From Camelus dromedarius (taxonomy: Eukaryota), in the NCBI RefSeq assembly GCF_036321535.1, contig NC_087442.1, forward strand, positions 68,882,001 through 68,946,000: DNA of 64,000 nucleotides. Direction: 5' to 3'. Shown piece after piece: positions 15,039-27,090 of this stretch (position 1 is the first letter of the stretch; the number at the start of each line of letters is the position of its first letter). Both the position numbers and the translations under genes were made by a program. The notes beneath the pieces were generated by a model. That model did not search any database. It was not told the origin of the DNA and worked only from the letters and a program-made list of their open reading frames with translations.

Positions 15039-15492
15039 AAGAGAGAGTGTTGCTCTTTCTCTATTGGTCTGTAGACATTAAGTAATGAAAGCTGTAGTGA
15101 CGATGCTTAGATCATTTTTTATAAGAATACCAAGCCACTTTCAATAAGTGTTTATGTTTTTAATTGTAACACTCACCCTCTCCATTCACCTGAGGAATTT
15201 CCGTATTATTGAAATAGAGCTCTCTCCTCTGTATTTCTAATGTGTGTGTTGTAAGTGGGGTGTGGAGAGGGTACAGAGTAGAGAGAGTTAGAGGGAAAAA
15301 GGGAAAGTTCTGTCCTGTTGACTTTATACACCCTTCTTCAAAAAAAAATTCTGTAAGTATACTAGCTTTGAGAAAAATTGAAAGAAAAGTAGAAAAGGAA
15401 ATCTAAGCACCTCAGACAACTTGCCTATTTAGGAAAGAACTAATGGTATTTGTGTGACTGCCTGAATACGTGCATATGTATCCACAGAAAAT

Positions 15493-15632
15493 NNNNNNNN
15501 NNNNNNNNNNNNNNNNNNNNNNNNNNNNNNNNNNNNNNNNNNNNNNNNNNNNNNNNNNNNNNNNNNNNNNNNNNNNNNNNNNNNNNNNNNNNNNNNNNNN
15601 NNNNNNNNNNNNNNNNNNNNNNNNNNNNNNNN
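15493..15632. other. N-run, 140 nt
   Basis: Undetermined bases. Confidence 1.
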
Positions 15633-15817
15633 GATGTGATGCATTAAAAATGTTAGCCAGAGCATTCCAGAAGCTGGAAAACCATAGATGTTTTTAAAGT
15701 CTGAGTATCCTTTTGAGAATCCCCTGTTGTAATTTATAATTCTCAGTGGACCTATATTTGTCTTGAACCGATTGTTGAAATGGGCTTTACTAGGAATTTC
15801 TCCGCTGAAATTGCAGT

Positions 15818-15868
15818 GGGGCGGGGGAAGGGGGTGGTAGATCCACCGGGGTTTGTTGGGAGGAGGGG
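15818..15868 (+). promoter_or_regulatory. GC box (GGGGCGGGG) and G-rich tract upstream of SEMA3A
   Basis: Sp1/KLF consensus at 15818-15826 inside multiple G-runs, ~650 nt upstream of the presumed TSS. Confidence 0.45.
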
Positions 15869-16057
15869 AGTGATCTCCAACAAGGCTTTAAAACCTTCAG
15901 TGGTTAAAGTTATATTGATGAAAAGGACATAATGTATATGCATATTCGTGTATGTATACAGGCATATACATACACACAACACACAAGTTCAAGTAGAATT
16001 ATATAACGAGCATGAGTTGTAAATCATGTAGGTAGCAGAATTCAGTTTTTTTTTCAT

Positions 16058-16463
16058 NNNNNNNNNNNNNNNNNNNNNNNNNNNNNNNNNNNNNNNNNNN
16101 NNNNNNNNNNNNNNNNNNNNNNNNNNNNNNNNNNNNNNNNNNNNNNNNNNNNNNNNNNNNNNNNNNNNNNNNNNNNNNNNNNNNNNNNNNNNNNNNNNNN
16201 NNNNNNNNNNNNNNNNNNNNNNNNNNNNNNNNNNNNNNNNNNNNNNNNNNNNNNNNNNNNNNNNNNNNNNNNNNNNNNNNNNNNNNNNNNNNNNNNNNNN
16301 NNNNNNNNNNNNNNNNNNNNNNNNNNNNNNNNNNNNNNNNNNNNNNNNNNNNNNNNNNNNNNNNNNNNNNNNNNNNNNNNNNNNNNNNNNNNNNNNNNNN
16401 NNNNNNNNNNNNNNNNNNNNNNNNNNNNNNNNNNNNNNNNNNNNNNNNNNNNNNNNNNNNNNN
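16058..16463. other. N-run, 406 nt, hides the SEMA3A proximal promoter
   Basis: Undetermined bases. Confidence 1.
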
Positions 16464-16473
16464 CAGAAGAGCC

Positions 16474-16483
16474 TAGATAAAAG
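16474..16483 (+). promoter_or_regulatory. TATA-like element (TAGATAAAAG) of the SEMA3A core promoter
   Basis: About 20-25 nt upstream of the presumed mRNA 5' end at ~16496. Non-consensus TATA. Sequence further upstream is lost in an N-run. Confidence 0.45.
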
Positions 16484-16495
16484 GGGCTGCTTCTT

Positions 16496-16799
16496 AAGCA
16501 CCACTGCAGCAGTCNNNNNNNNNNNNNNNNNNNNNNNNNNNNNNNNNNNNNNNNNNNNNNNNNNNNNNNNNNNNNNNNNNNNNNNNNNNNNNNNNNNNNN
16601 NNNNNNNNNNNNNNNNNNNNNNNNNNNNNNNNNNNNNNNNNNNNNNNNNNNNNNNNNNNNNNNNNNTGATTGTCCACATTTATGAATGAAACTGACCTAA
16701 ATCACCTGTTACCTCCAGTTTCCAGATTGTTTGAACTTCTCCGGCCGCACAATACAGGAGGGAAGGCTGAAGCAGCAGAGGACCCACAGTGTCTGCAGC
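16496..16799 (+). other. SEMA3A: SEMA3A exon 1 5' UTR (partly hidden by N-run 16515-16666)
   Basis: aagcaccactgcagcag (from 16496) and the stretch tatgaatgaaactgacctaaatcacctgttacctccagtttccagattgtttgaac resemble my recollection of the human SEMA3A mRNA leader. Contiguous with the ATG at 16800. Confidence 0.8.
16515..16666. other. N-run, 152 nt, inside the SEMA3A 5' UTR
   Basis: Undetermined bases. Confidence 1.
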
Positions 16800-16911
16800 A
16801 TGGGCTGGTTCGCTAGGATTGTCTGTCTTTTCTGGGGAGTGTTACTTACAGCGAGAGCAAACTATCAAAATGGGAAGAACAATGTGCCAAGGCTGAAATT
16901 ATCCTACAAAG
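16800..16911 (+). CDS. SEMA3A: Semaphorin-3A coding exon 1 (signal peptide and N-terminus), 37 codons + 1 nt, phase-1 intron follows
   Basis: Translates to MGWFARIVCLFWGVLLTARANYQNGKNNVPRLKLSYK, nearly identical to the recalled human SEMA3A N-terminus (MGWLTRIVCLFWGVLLTARANYQNGKNNVPRLKLSYK). Kozak-like context gcagcATGG. Strong donor AAAG|GTGAGT at 16911/16912. Confidence 0.98.
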
Positions 16912-19292
16912 GTGAGTTTGTCTTTTCCTTTTATTTGGCTAGCTTTGTAATGCCCCCCTGCCCCCTGCCCCCTGCCTTTTCATTCCTTGAACTCCCTCCC
17001 AACCTACACCATAAAACCTTCAGTTTAACCTGGGAAACCTATGCGATTGTGTGTGTCTTTTGGAGATGATTTAAACACTCTTTTATAAAAGCATGCCTCC
17101 TGTTTGATATATGACAATTTAAATGCAAACAAAGAACATTTAATCACATTTGCAGAGAAGAGCTGAATGCCTGGGAAATGCTGATCGCTATATGTGATCA
17201 TATATTCTGGTAATTTTTCTGACTCGACTTCTATTAAACTATTTTTAAAAATCACTGTTGCAGAAATGGTCTCTTTGTAGCCGTGAATGCCTCACCTATA
17301 ATAATTGTTATGATAAATTGTGTTTTCTTAGTTTTAGACACTAAATGGTTAATTGTCGTCATGAATATTCAGTTTGTTCAAATCTGACAATCAGATGCTT
17401 AACATAAGCAGTAGATCACAGTTTGCCAAGGGAATATAAACTGGAGAGAACAGACTAGTTTTTCCACAGTGTGTTATGACTGTACAAAAGACTGGGCATT
17501 TGGCTAATTGGTGTAAAGCTAATGCCTTTGAAATACGATGTTATTTGATTCCATATGTACTTCAGTGAGAACTGGAGAGGTATTACTTTCTAGTTGTACA
17601 GCTAGTTGTGAGAACTTTTTTTTTTTTTAAAAAGTATAAATTTAAGAAAGACAAAAAAAGCCTCATCACATGGTTGCTAGTGCTTTATCTGGTTACAGTT
17701 TAATGTGTATGCTTGTTTTTTTCATGAGGATTTTAAAGAAAATGTTTGTTCTATACGTATTTGTTTAGATAGATTTTATAGATAGATGGATAAAATAATG
17801 CTAATGTAGATTCTAACATGACAGATACAACTTTTAATGGAAGAGTATTTATATAAATGAGGTATTATGAAAATGGAGTTGAAGATTAAATTGTTTTTAA
17901 CTCAAGTTGTCTTACTCCCTAAGGTGTTGCTTGCTTATGGTTCTCAAATTTCTAGAATTGGGGGTGGGGCAGTGAGAGCTTCAGTTATATTCTGTTCTTA
18001 GCTTATAATGTAAGAGAAAATTATTGAATCTGTCTGTAGTAGAGATGTCTGTCTACTGTACAGTGCTCTTATGCCAGAAAACGTATTTAATTTTCACATG
18101 ATGGGAAACACCTCTTCCTGAATACTCTAGTGTGAATGAGGACCACAAATAGGAAAGACAGATGTAATTTTCACAGTTTGAATTAGAAAACTGAACACCT
18201 ACTAAATGTGTTTATTTGGATTTAATACTTAGATAAAATACATTGAATTGGAAATGTATTTATTTTTGGTATAATTTTTTGGTTCCTGAAATAGGAATGA
18301 ATTTTAAATATTAGCAAAGAGAACTGCAATTGTACTCATGCAAGATTTTTTAAAAAATAATCATATAGCATCCACTAAATATTTCATTAAATCCTAATTA
18401 TTCCTTTATATAGTAACTATCTTTAAATTATTTTCATGGTATATAACGTTATGGTATCTGTGTTTTCATCAGTGCTGGCTTTCTATTTTTTTACTCTTTG
18501 AGAATATTTTAGCCAATAATTCTTAGGTTGATGGTCCACTTTCTACAAGTTTATGTCCCTTATGAGTAAGTTTTATATACAAGTATAATTCCTGAAGATG
18601 TGAACAGCTATGTGCTATAATTTTAGAAAAAGTTTGAAACATGAAGAAGATTTAAAAAATCTACTATATTTTGGTACACATGTCTAAGTGCTAATACATT
18701 GTAAAATCAGTAGGAATCCAGAATTGTGCTTCTTTATTTTGCTAAAATTTTATTTTCATGGTAATGGATTGCTCTCCATTAATAGAAGAGTCACCAGTGC
18801 TTTCTCTATATTAAAAGATAGCATTTAATTAGAATAGCCCTTTGTTATATACACATGCTTTAAACTTGCGTAATGGAGTAAGCTATGTATATTGACAAGA
18901 TGTATATATTTGACACTGTTTCTTTATAAGCTCTTTTTAGCAATGGCATCCATTAGAATTAGTCTGCTTCCCTTTAAATCACAAACTGCCCTACAGCTAC
19001 ATAACAATTCTATTGATACACCTAGAGCTTGGCAAGTTGGTGAAACAAACTGTGAAATGAATAACAGCAGAAAGAGTAAAAGGGATGGCCCAAGCAGTTT
19101 TTCTTCTGTCGTTTTATTGGTCTGTCATTACCTTTTTGTCTCAACACAGAAACTTGTTTTGCCAAAGCAAACGCCTGGTAGCAAATTGTCAGAACTTTGC
19201 TTCTAAACTATAATAGAGTTTTTTTTTAGCTACTTCTTTTCCCTCCTTAATTAGATGTCAAACACGGTTAAAACATCCACTGCTTTGCCCTT

Positions 19293-19456
19293 NNNNNNNN
19301 NNNNNNNNNNNNNNNNNNNNNNNNNNNNNNNNNNNNNNNNNNNNNNNNNNNNNNNNNNNNNNNNNNNNNNNNNNNNNNNNNNNNNNNNNNNNNNNNNNNN
19401 NNNNNNNNNNNNNNNNNNNNNNNNNNNNNNNNNNNNNNNNNNNNNNNNNNNNNNNN
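19293..19456. other. N-run, 164 nt
   Basis: Undetermined bases. Confidence 1.
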
Positions 19457-20487
19457 GTGGGAGATAAAGGAGATTTGATACGTTAAATGAGAAAGAAAAG
19501 AAGGAAGAACAAGAAGGCAGCCTTTGTAGAGGATGTACATACATATCTAACAAGGTGACTCTTTACTTTCTAGGAAAAGGGAATTGTTTTTCAGGACCAT
19601 CTGGATAAGTGATAATATTAGAAAAATGGGGGTATGCTGGCTTTTCTCTGAACCAATCTGATTTAGAATCCTTGTGGGGGAAGCAAATGTGAGAACTCTG
19701 TAAATCTCAGCAGTCACATGCAAATTATCCTCAAGAAACAGTCACTCAGAGATACTTTCCCCTTCCTTAAATACATGCAACATCGCTAAATGTTATAATG
19801 CTGCTTTTTAAAATTGGTGCATAACTGTTTATTTCTCCTACAAAACTAGTCAAATTTCACTTTTCTCATGATGTACCAGATAATCATATAATCTTCCTTT
19901 GGAATGTGTGGTACATTGAAGACTTCAGGAAAACCTATGGAGATCACAAGGAAATAAATTAGGTTTGGGGTTTTAAACAAATGACAAATGTTCCATCACT
20001 CAATGTAATGAGCTTTTCCAGGACACTCTGTGCTTCAGTTTTGGTAGGAATCAAAGACACATGCAAGTCTGAATGCGATGGTGATCATGTGACTCCAAAG
20101 ATTAAATCAGTGCCCTCAACTTGACATTCACAGGAAGACTTAGTAAATAGCATTTAAATAAATGGTAGACATTTTAGAGGCTTTCTTTTCATATTTTGTA
20201 AAGCTTTGTTTCCCAGAATCAAGTTGTTTAATTATTTTAAGAATAACATTATCAGTTAAATCAAAATTCTCAAACATATCTTTCTGATACTAGAAGATAA
20301 TATTTAATTACAAATTATGAAGTAAAGTTTGTAAAAGCTTTTTCACTTGCCATTACCCAATACATTATGATGACTTCAAAATTTAATTAGTATGAAGAAT
20401 TATTTATGAATTAAACTTCTTGACTTTTTGGAGATTTTCATTAGTTCCTCCAAAGCACAAGCACATATTCACATATTCATACATAGA

Positions 20488-20491
<4 letters not shown>

Positions 20492-20518
<27 letters not shown>
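20492..20518. repeat. (TG)n microsatellite, ~13 units
   Basis: Read directly from the sequence. Confidence 0.95.
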
Positions 20519-20523
<5 letters not shown>

Positions 20524-23500
20524 AATAGATGAATATATGTGAAGGACAAAATTTATCTCAATATTTTATAATTGAGAAAACAATTTTGGCAGTCTACAGA
20601 TTGTGAATTGCAATAGAATGCTTTACAAGTAATATTGCTATTCGTTTAAAAGACAGTCATTTTAAATTACATATGTATTATAGTGGGCATGAGAGTTTGA
20701 GCCTCATGAAGAGTTTTCATGAGTATTTAAAGTATTCACATAATAGGATCAGATGGAATTTGTCTTACACTGAAAATCTCCTCATAGCTAAAATGGAATG
20801 TGTCTAGGAAAGTTAGGAGGAATACATATATATTTTCACAGGGCAAAGATGTTATAAATTCTTTGCAATACCTTTTCTCCAGTAGTCACTGCTTATTTGG
20901 CTTCTGTCTCCTACTTGCTGATCCTTACTTAGCATGGCCTTTTCCTTCCAAATTCTGTTAACTTTAAAAATCATGTTTTGATTCTGTAGTCTTCAATTTA
21001 AGCACACTGAAATTTAGAACTTTTTATTTATCTACTCATCAAGTATATCCAGGCAAAATCATAAGAAATAAAACAAAATGCTCAGTCTCACATCTTCTTA
21101 TTCAATGCTGGTCAGATCAAATGAGAACTAGTGAAAGTCTCCAGTTTGTGGCTTCTCTGTTTGAAGCTGCCAGATTGGCTTTTGAAATAACAACTTATCA
21201 GTGTAGGCTTTAGCAAGTAGGAAAATGACTGAGACCACAAAACCATCCCATGGACACTTCTAACCCACCAACTTTTGATAATGATAGTCAGTCTTTAATA
21301 GCTTAAGGAAACCTGATTACTGAGAAGAAAAATTTTCCAATTCTAACTTTTTAATGCTGTTATTTCTCTTTGTATAAAATTCTTCTAAGAGTCCAGTATT
21401 GTCAGTGATATGAAATAATCTGAATATTCAGGCAACTTAATAGAGGTGTAGACCTAAGATAGCTAATTTTTCTTTGTTTTCTTATTTTTAGTTATCACAC
21501 ATCGATCAATGTAATTTAAATACATGTTCTGATTTTCAATTATATTTAAATTATATATTTAAGAATTAATGAAATTGAAGAATCATTTAAGAATGAATTT
21601 AATTAGACTTGATTAATATGATTGCATATGTTTCTGGTAACAAAATAAAATTTAAGCTGTTGGTTGCAGAACATAATCTATTTACACTTAGATAAAGTGT
21701 AACTTTAGTTAAAACTTCTAAAGTTATCAAGACCGTAAGAAAGTTAGCTGTCAGAAGTTGTGTGGTTTAACTTCTTACCCTGATTTTCTCATTTAAATTC
21801 CAGGGGCATAGCTACCTATCACAGTTCCCAAGACCAATATATCACACACACCTTTACATCTTTTAGAGAATTGTAAAATCTAAAGTCAGGACAATTTTAA
21901 ATAGAATTTATACATGAGTTTTAAAATTTTTCCAGTATTTAAATAGATTTTTAATTGATCATTATCTAACAACATTCATTTACAAAGTCATGATATTATG
22001 TCATAGAGAGTTACATATGAATTGATGAAGACACTGCACTTATCAAACCTGCGTGAAAAGAATCCGGTGATAAAATGATCCATTAACGCAAAGCTGTAAG
22101 TAAAATCTCCAAAACTCATGACACTAAGTTTAGTTCATGTAGTGAAAGCTTGTTTTAAAAAGACCAGCAGCTGTAAACACAAATTAGAACCAGTGTGAGT
22201 CTTGGGCTGGATTTTACCCCTCATGACTGCTAAGGTACTGTTTAAAGGAATTACCGTGATTTGCAGTTCTATGCTTCCACTAATAGGTGGCACTAGCAAT
22301 TTGTGACAGCTCTTTCATTAGCTTGGAAATGGGCAGGCTGCTAGGATAAACACACACAGAGTAACATGTGAAGGCCAAGCTTGGAAAAACTGGCATAAGA
22401 GTCAGGAGACGTAACATGCACAAAACAGAAGCATTAATTAAAATCAAATTTGCTAAAGAGTTTGATGTGCTCTTTGCATACATCTATTGATGCATTTTGA
22501 CCCTCAAAAAGTAAACTCTTGCAACCAAAAAATAAATAAATGTACTTTAACTTAAAGAAGACTTTACATGTGTAAGTGATCTGTAAAATGTAAAACAAAA
22601 TCAGGAGAGAAGCAGTAGTACCAAACAGAAAGATGGAAGGGCAGTTTCACAGGTACGTATGAATGATAAAGTGTACTTAGCAGGAATAAGGCAGGCTGCC
22701 TGTGGCACGTTATTGCCATCATTTATAATTGGAGAGTGGCTATTTTAGGAGATAAGATCATGTTTAGAAAATTACAATTGGTATATTTTTAAAGTAACAA
22801 CTCCTTTCAGTTTATAGGTTGTTTTAAATTGTCATCATAATTAAACATATCGAAGATTCAATAAATTCTATCTGACACAGATAAGTCTAAATGTCTCCAG
22901 TTACTATCTCCTTCTATTGCCAAGACATAAACATCAGTATAAATAGGGAATTTGCACACTATTTCCAAACAGTAACAAAGCTGGACTCTGTCAAACCCTG
23001 GATGAGAGAATATACAATTTATACTTGAATTAGGGGATGAAGATAAGCAAAAATAAAATTCTGTTGATAAATATGAAGAATGAATTGGTCTCAGTGTTTT
23101 CTACAAGCTTAGAGTAAAACATAAAGGGACCACAAATTTAGGGAGTCTTGTCATCTCCTGAATGAGTCATTAAACCTACATTTCCAGGTTTCCTTTGCTT
23201 GGAGAGATGTCGCATGGGAAACAGTGTTGGCCAAACCTGAGGGTAACTGAATTTGTTGTTGCGGCCATAAACAAGGCTTTACATGAACTATAACAGCACC
23301 CACTTGAGCCTTCGTCAGCAAACTAAGGGAAGCTTAGTTCCGTTGAGCATGTCAAAGATGCCTTTAGTCTGGAAAACTCCTTATGTGGATCATCTTCGTG
23401 GTGCCACATTGTGAGGTTCTCAAGGCCAAATTTGTATTATTTTTTGTCATTACTCTCTCAAAGGCTAGCACAGTCACTTGTTGAATGAACTTGGGTTTAA

Positions 23501-24617
23501 ATTGATGCACCTTGTCTTTTAAATGCAAAAATGGTGCAAATGTCTAGTCAATCAATTCGTTAAAAGTGAACCGTGCGCTATAATGTGGCAGGGAGAGTAA
23601 ACGCAGTGCGAGACACTAGGAAAGGAGGTACTTAGGAGCTCACAAAGGTTTGAGAGCAGTGGTATGTCCACAGACAGGGTCTCCTGAGCCAAGCCTATGC
23701 CAGCACTAAATCAAAAAGTGTCTGGAACATCTCTGTTTGCCCGCAAGTAGGAGATGGAGAATATATATCAATATATGCATCTTAGAAGACTCTCGGAGAG
23801 GAATTATTTCATTCCTTTGGACAAATACCATGATTTTCCTTGCTATTGGATCTCAGTACACACAGCTAGAAAAGAAAGTGAGTCACATTATTCTAAAGCC
23901 AAATAGTGACTGAAGAGAAAACGTCTCATGATCACTCTCACTGTATCTGATCCTTCGTAGAGAACAAATCGGCCCTACCAAATTAGGTGGAAAACAAACC
24001 GTTTAAAAGTTTTAACTGACCCTATTTCATTGTCCACACTTTGGGGAGGATCCTGGCTTTGCTCTTTGACAGCTTGCTAAGGTGAGCGTGGCAGAGCCTG
24101 CCTCGCTTCTCTTATCCTTGATTCCACTCATGGAGAGCAGCGGTCGCTGATGGGCCCTCGCTTCTCATCTCCAAGTCGGCCTCTGTCTTCCCGTGGATTT
24201 GTGCTCTGTGGCGCAGGACCACTCCCTGCTTCCGTCAGCCCTTGCTCCCAAGCCCCCACTTGCCAGGAGACTAGATGTGAGAGGAACTAGACACAGGAAT
24301 CTTTGTTGAAGTGTGAATCCAATATATATGTTGAGTTTTGTTTAAGATCCTTATCTTATATAATTGAGAGGGTGAGAGAGAAAAATAAGCTACTTTCCTT
24401 AGTCTACTTACAGGTCTATAATTGATGTTTATAATATAAATTAATGCACAATGCTTGATGTTACATTCTTATAAAATATATATGTTAGTCTTGTGACAAA
24501 GTAGAAATACCAGTAGGAAAGGACAGTGGCACAATGAATCACAGTTATTTGGTGGTATTTTAAAAATGATTACATCCCTAGTCCAACTCTTAAGGAATAT
24601 ATTTGGGGAAAGCCAAA

Positions 24618-24766
24618 ACAGTAACCTATAATGAAAAAGAATATGAAAACGAATAAACATATGTATATGTATGACTGAAACATTATGCTGTACACCAGAA
24701 TTTGACACAACATTGGAAACTGACTATACTTCAGTTGAAAAATTAAATTAAAAAAAAACAACAAAA
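24618..24766 (+). mobile_element. Heavily 5'-truncated L1 3' UTR with A-rich tail
   Basis: cagtaacctataatgaaaaagaatatg...tgacacaacattggaaactgactatacttca plus an A-tail. Shares its terminal motif with the L1 at 62748-63689. No clear TSD. Confidence 0.85.
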
Positions 24767-27059
24767 CTGCTGTTTTTACCTGAGGTCAAATCAGTGTGAA
24801 TTTTTATGTATCTGAAATTTTAATTTTTATCATCAAATTTGAAATTTCAAGAGAATAAACTCTGCTCTTTTATGATCCTCCTTTAAGAGTTAGTTTAAAT
24901 GAACCTAGGTTTTCATCAGCTGTGCAAATTTTAATTATTTACAAAAATAAGTAATTATAATTAATAAGTATTTCTTACCTGTATTTTATATGTAAGACAC
25001 ATACACATAAACTCACATAAGTCATGTGACAGATTTCTTCAAAAAATAAGTAGATTCTTGGATAAATAAATTGAATGCATTGGAACTTCTGAGGAAGGTG
25101 GTATCAATTGTACCTGAAGACTTCAGGGAATTTTGTGAAATAAAACACAAGGAAGGGGGGCCTTGAAATCCAAGAAGTATGTGAGAATGGAGAAGTAGAA
25201 AAAAGTGGTAATTACCATTATAAAAAAAATTTCTTTGGGATGTTTTTAGGAAAGCAATATATTTTATATAGAAAGTAATAAGATAGTTATATATTTTTTC
25301 TGCATCAAATGTGATATTGAAACAAATCTGTCCTTTAACAAGGGAGACTTAAAGCTGCAGCATATCAGGCTAGGAAGGTCATAGAGTTAACAGGTGGTTG
25401 TCAAGGTCTGACTGAAAATGAGAGCAAGAGGACAAGTGGTACACATTTGTAAGACTTTTCCACGGTGGTTACAGTGCTCATTCAGGCTTATCCATCTCTC
25501 CTTTGAGATGTGTCTATAGAAACACATGAGACAAGCTTCTTTCTAACCAATGGAATAAAAAAAGGGAAAGCTGAGTTTGGTTATCCTGTAGAGAAAACAC
25601 TGTGACTGTAGTCCTTAAAATTATAAAATATACTGGTTTAGAATGCAGGTTTCTTCCTGTTCTCCTAGTTAATTCCTTTTTTTTTCTACTTTACTGTATT
25701 GTTTCTGTAACCAATCCACCAAGAAGTGTGAAGAGTAATTACTATTGTCTTAATTATATTTGTGTTTAACATGAAGACACCCCTGCCATCTATGTGATGA
25801 ATATCAAGCATTAAAATGCCCCCTTAGGAGTGTGTTCCTGTTCTGTGCCACCTCTCTTTAAGTGCAGAGTCATACAGTGCATATATTTTAATTTTCTTAG
25901 CAATCTGTTATCATTCAGGTTGTCTCACTTCAGAAAAAAATTAGTTTCAGAGCCAACCAACAGGCTAGTGAAATCTTGGAACATTTCATCATACGTTAGA
26001 CAGAGTTGTAGGTTCCTGGTATTTTGCCCCCACAAGCTGCAAAAGTCACTTCTGGGATTTTGGTCATAATAGTATAATCCCTGGTACTTGCAGAATTAAA
26101 TATTGATGAAGAACTACAGTAACGAGTGTGCTTATAGGTAGTCCGTGTATGTGTATCCGTAACAAATACAAGAAAAGTTACATCCAAGTTTTATTTTCCT
26201 AAATCCCATCACTTTTAATTGAAAATTATGAAAAGTGGAATGCCACTCACTAGAGCATGGGCAGAGGAGAAAGGGCAGGGGCAGATTCTCTCTCTCTGTG
26301 CTCCATGGCATTGGCCGTGACCTTCCATCCTTTATGGTTGGCCTTCCCAGCGCATCTTCTGCTGTCTGGTGCCGCTGCCTCGCCAGGTTCTCTGCTCTCT
26401 CTTAGGCATAGTTCCGACAAGTTGCCAAGACGTTGCCTCTTTTAATGGCCCTGCCATTGAGCCTTCTCAGTATCTTGGCTCCAGGTCACGTAGTATTTGT
26501 CCTCTAAAAGCAGGCACACCATGTTTCCACTCTCAAGTCCTTCCATCTCCAGAGTGCAGCACATGAGCAGGACACAGATCCTGCTAGTGCAATAGCCTTT
26601 CATCTTCCCAGATTTGAAATAAATTATCTTTTTAACTGATTCTGGCCTTCCTCTTCCACCCCTTTTCCCTGAAAGTACAAAGTCTCCAACCCATATCTTC
26701 TTATCCTAGCCAAATAAATCTCTTCTAAGTCTATCATTTTGAAAACAAAATCTGTTCATTCTCCCCTGGGGCATAGAAAAGCTTCGGCCTCAAAAACTAA
26801 AAGCCTTTATATCTCTCTTGGGAAGAGACTGGGGACCTTTCATTTTTAGCAGATTAGTCTACAGAAGAGCAAATAAAATGACAATTTCTTGGGGTTTTTC
26901 CCCCAAAGACATTGTCTCTTTTATTGTTTTGAACAAAGCATTGTTTGTTATATCAATGAAGAATAAGAAAAAAAAGTTTTTGTTTTACCTTCATTTATTT
27001 CTTTCTTTAGGTAGACCCAAGTTTCTGACTTGCATTGTTATTTTGTTGTTTTTGTTTAC

Positions 27060-27060
<1 letters not shown>

Positions 27061-27090
<30 letters not shown>
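27061..27090. repeat. (TATG)n tetranucleotide repeat, 7.5 units
   Basis: Read directly from the sequence. Confidence 0.95.

Noticed and set aside
16731-16799. N-terminal extension of SEMA3A from TTG at 16731 (ORF track)
   Set aside because: Near-cognate start, the true ATG has a good context, and an extension would bury the signal peptide.
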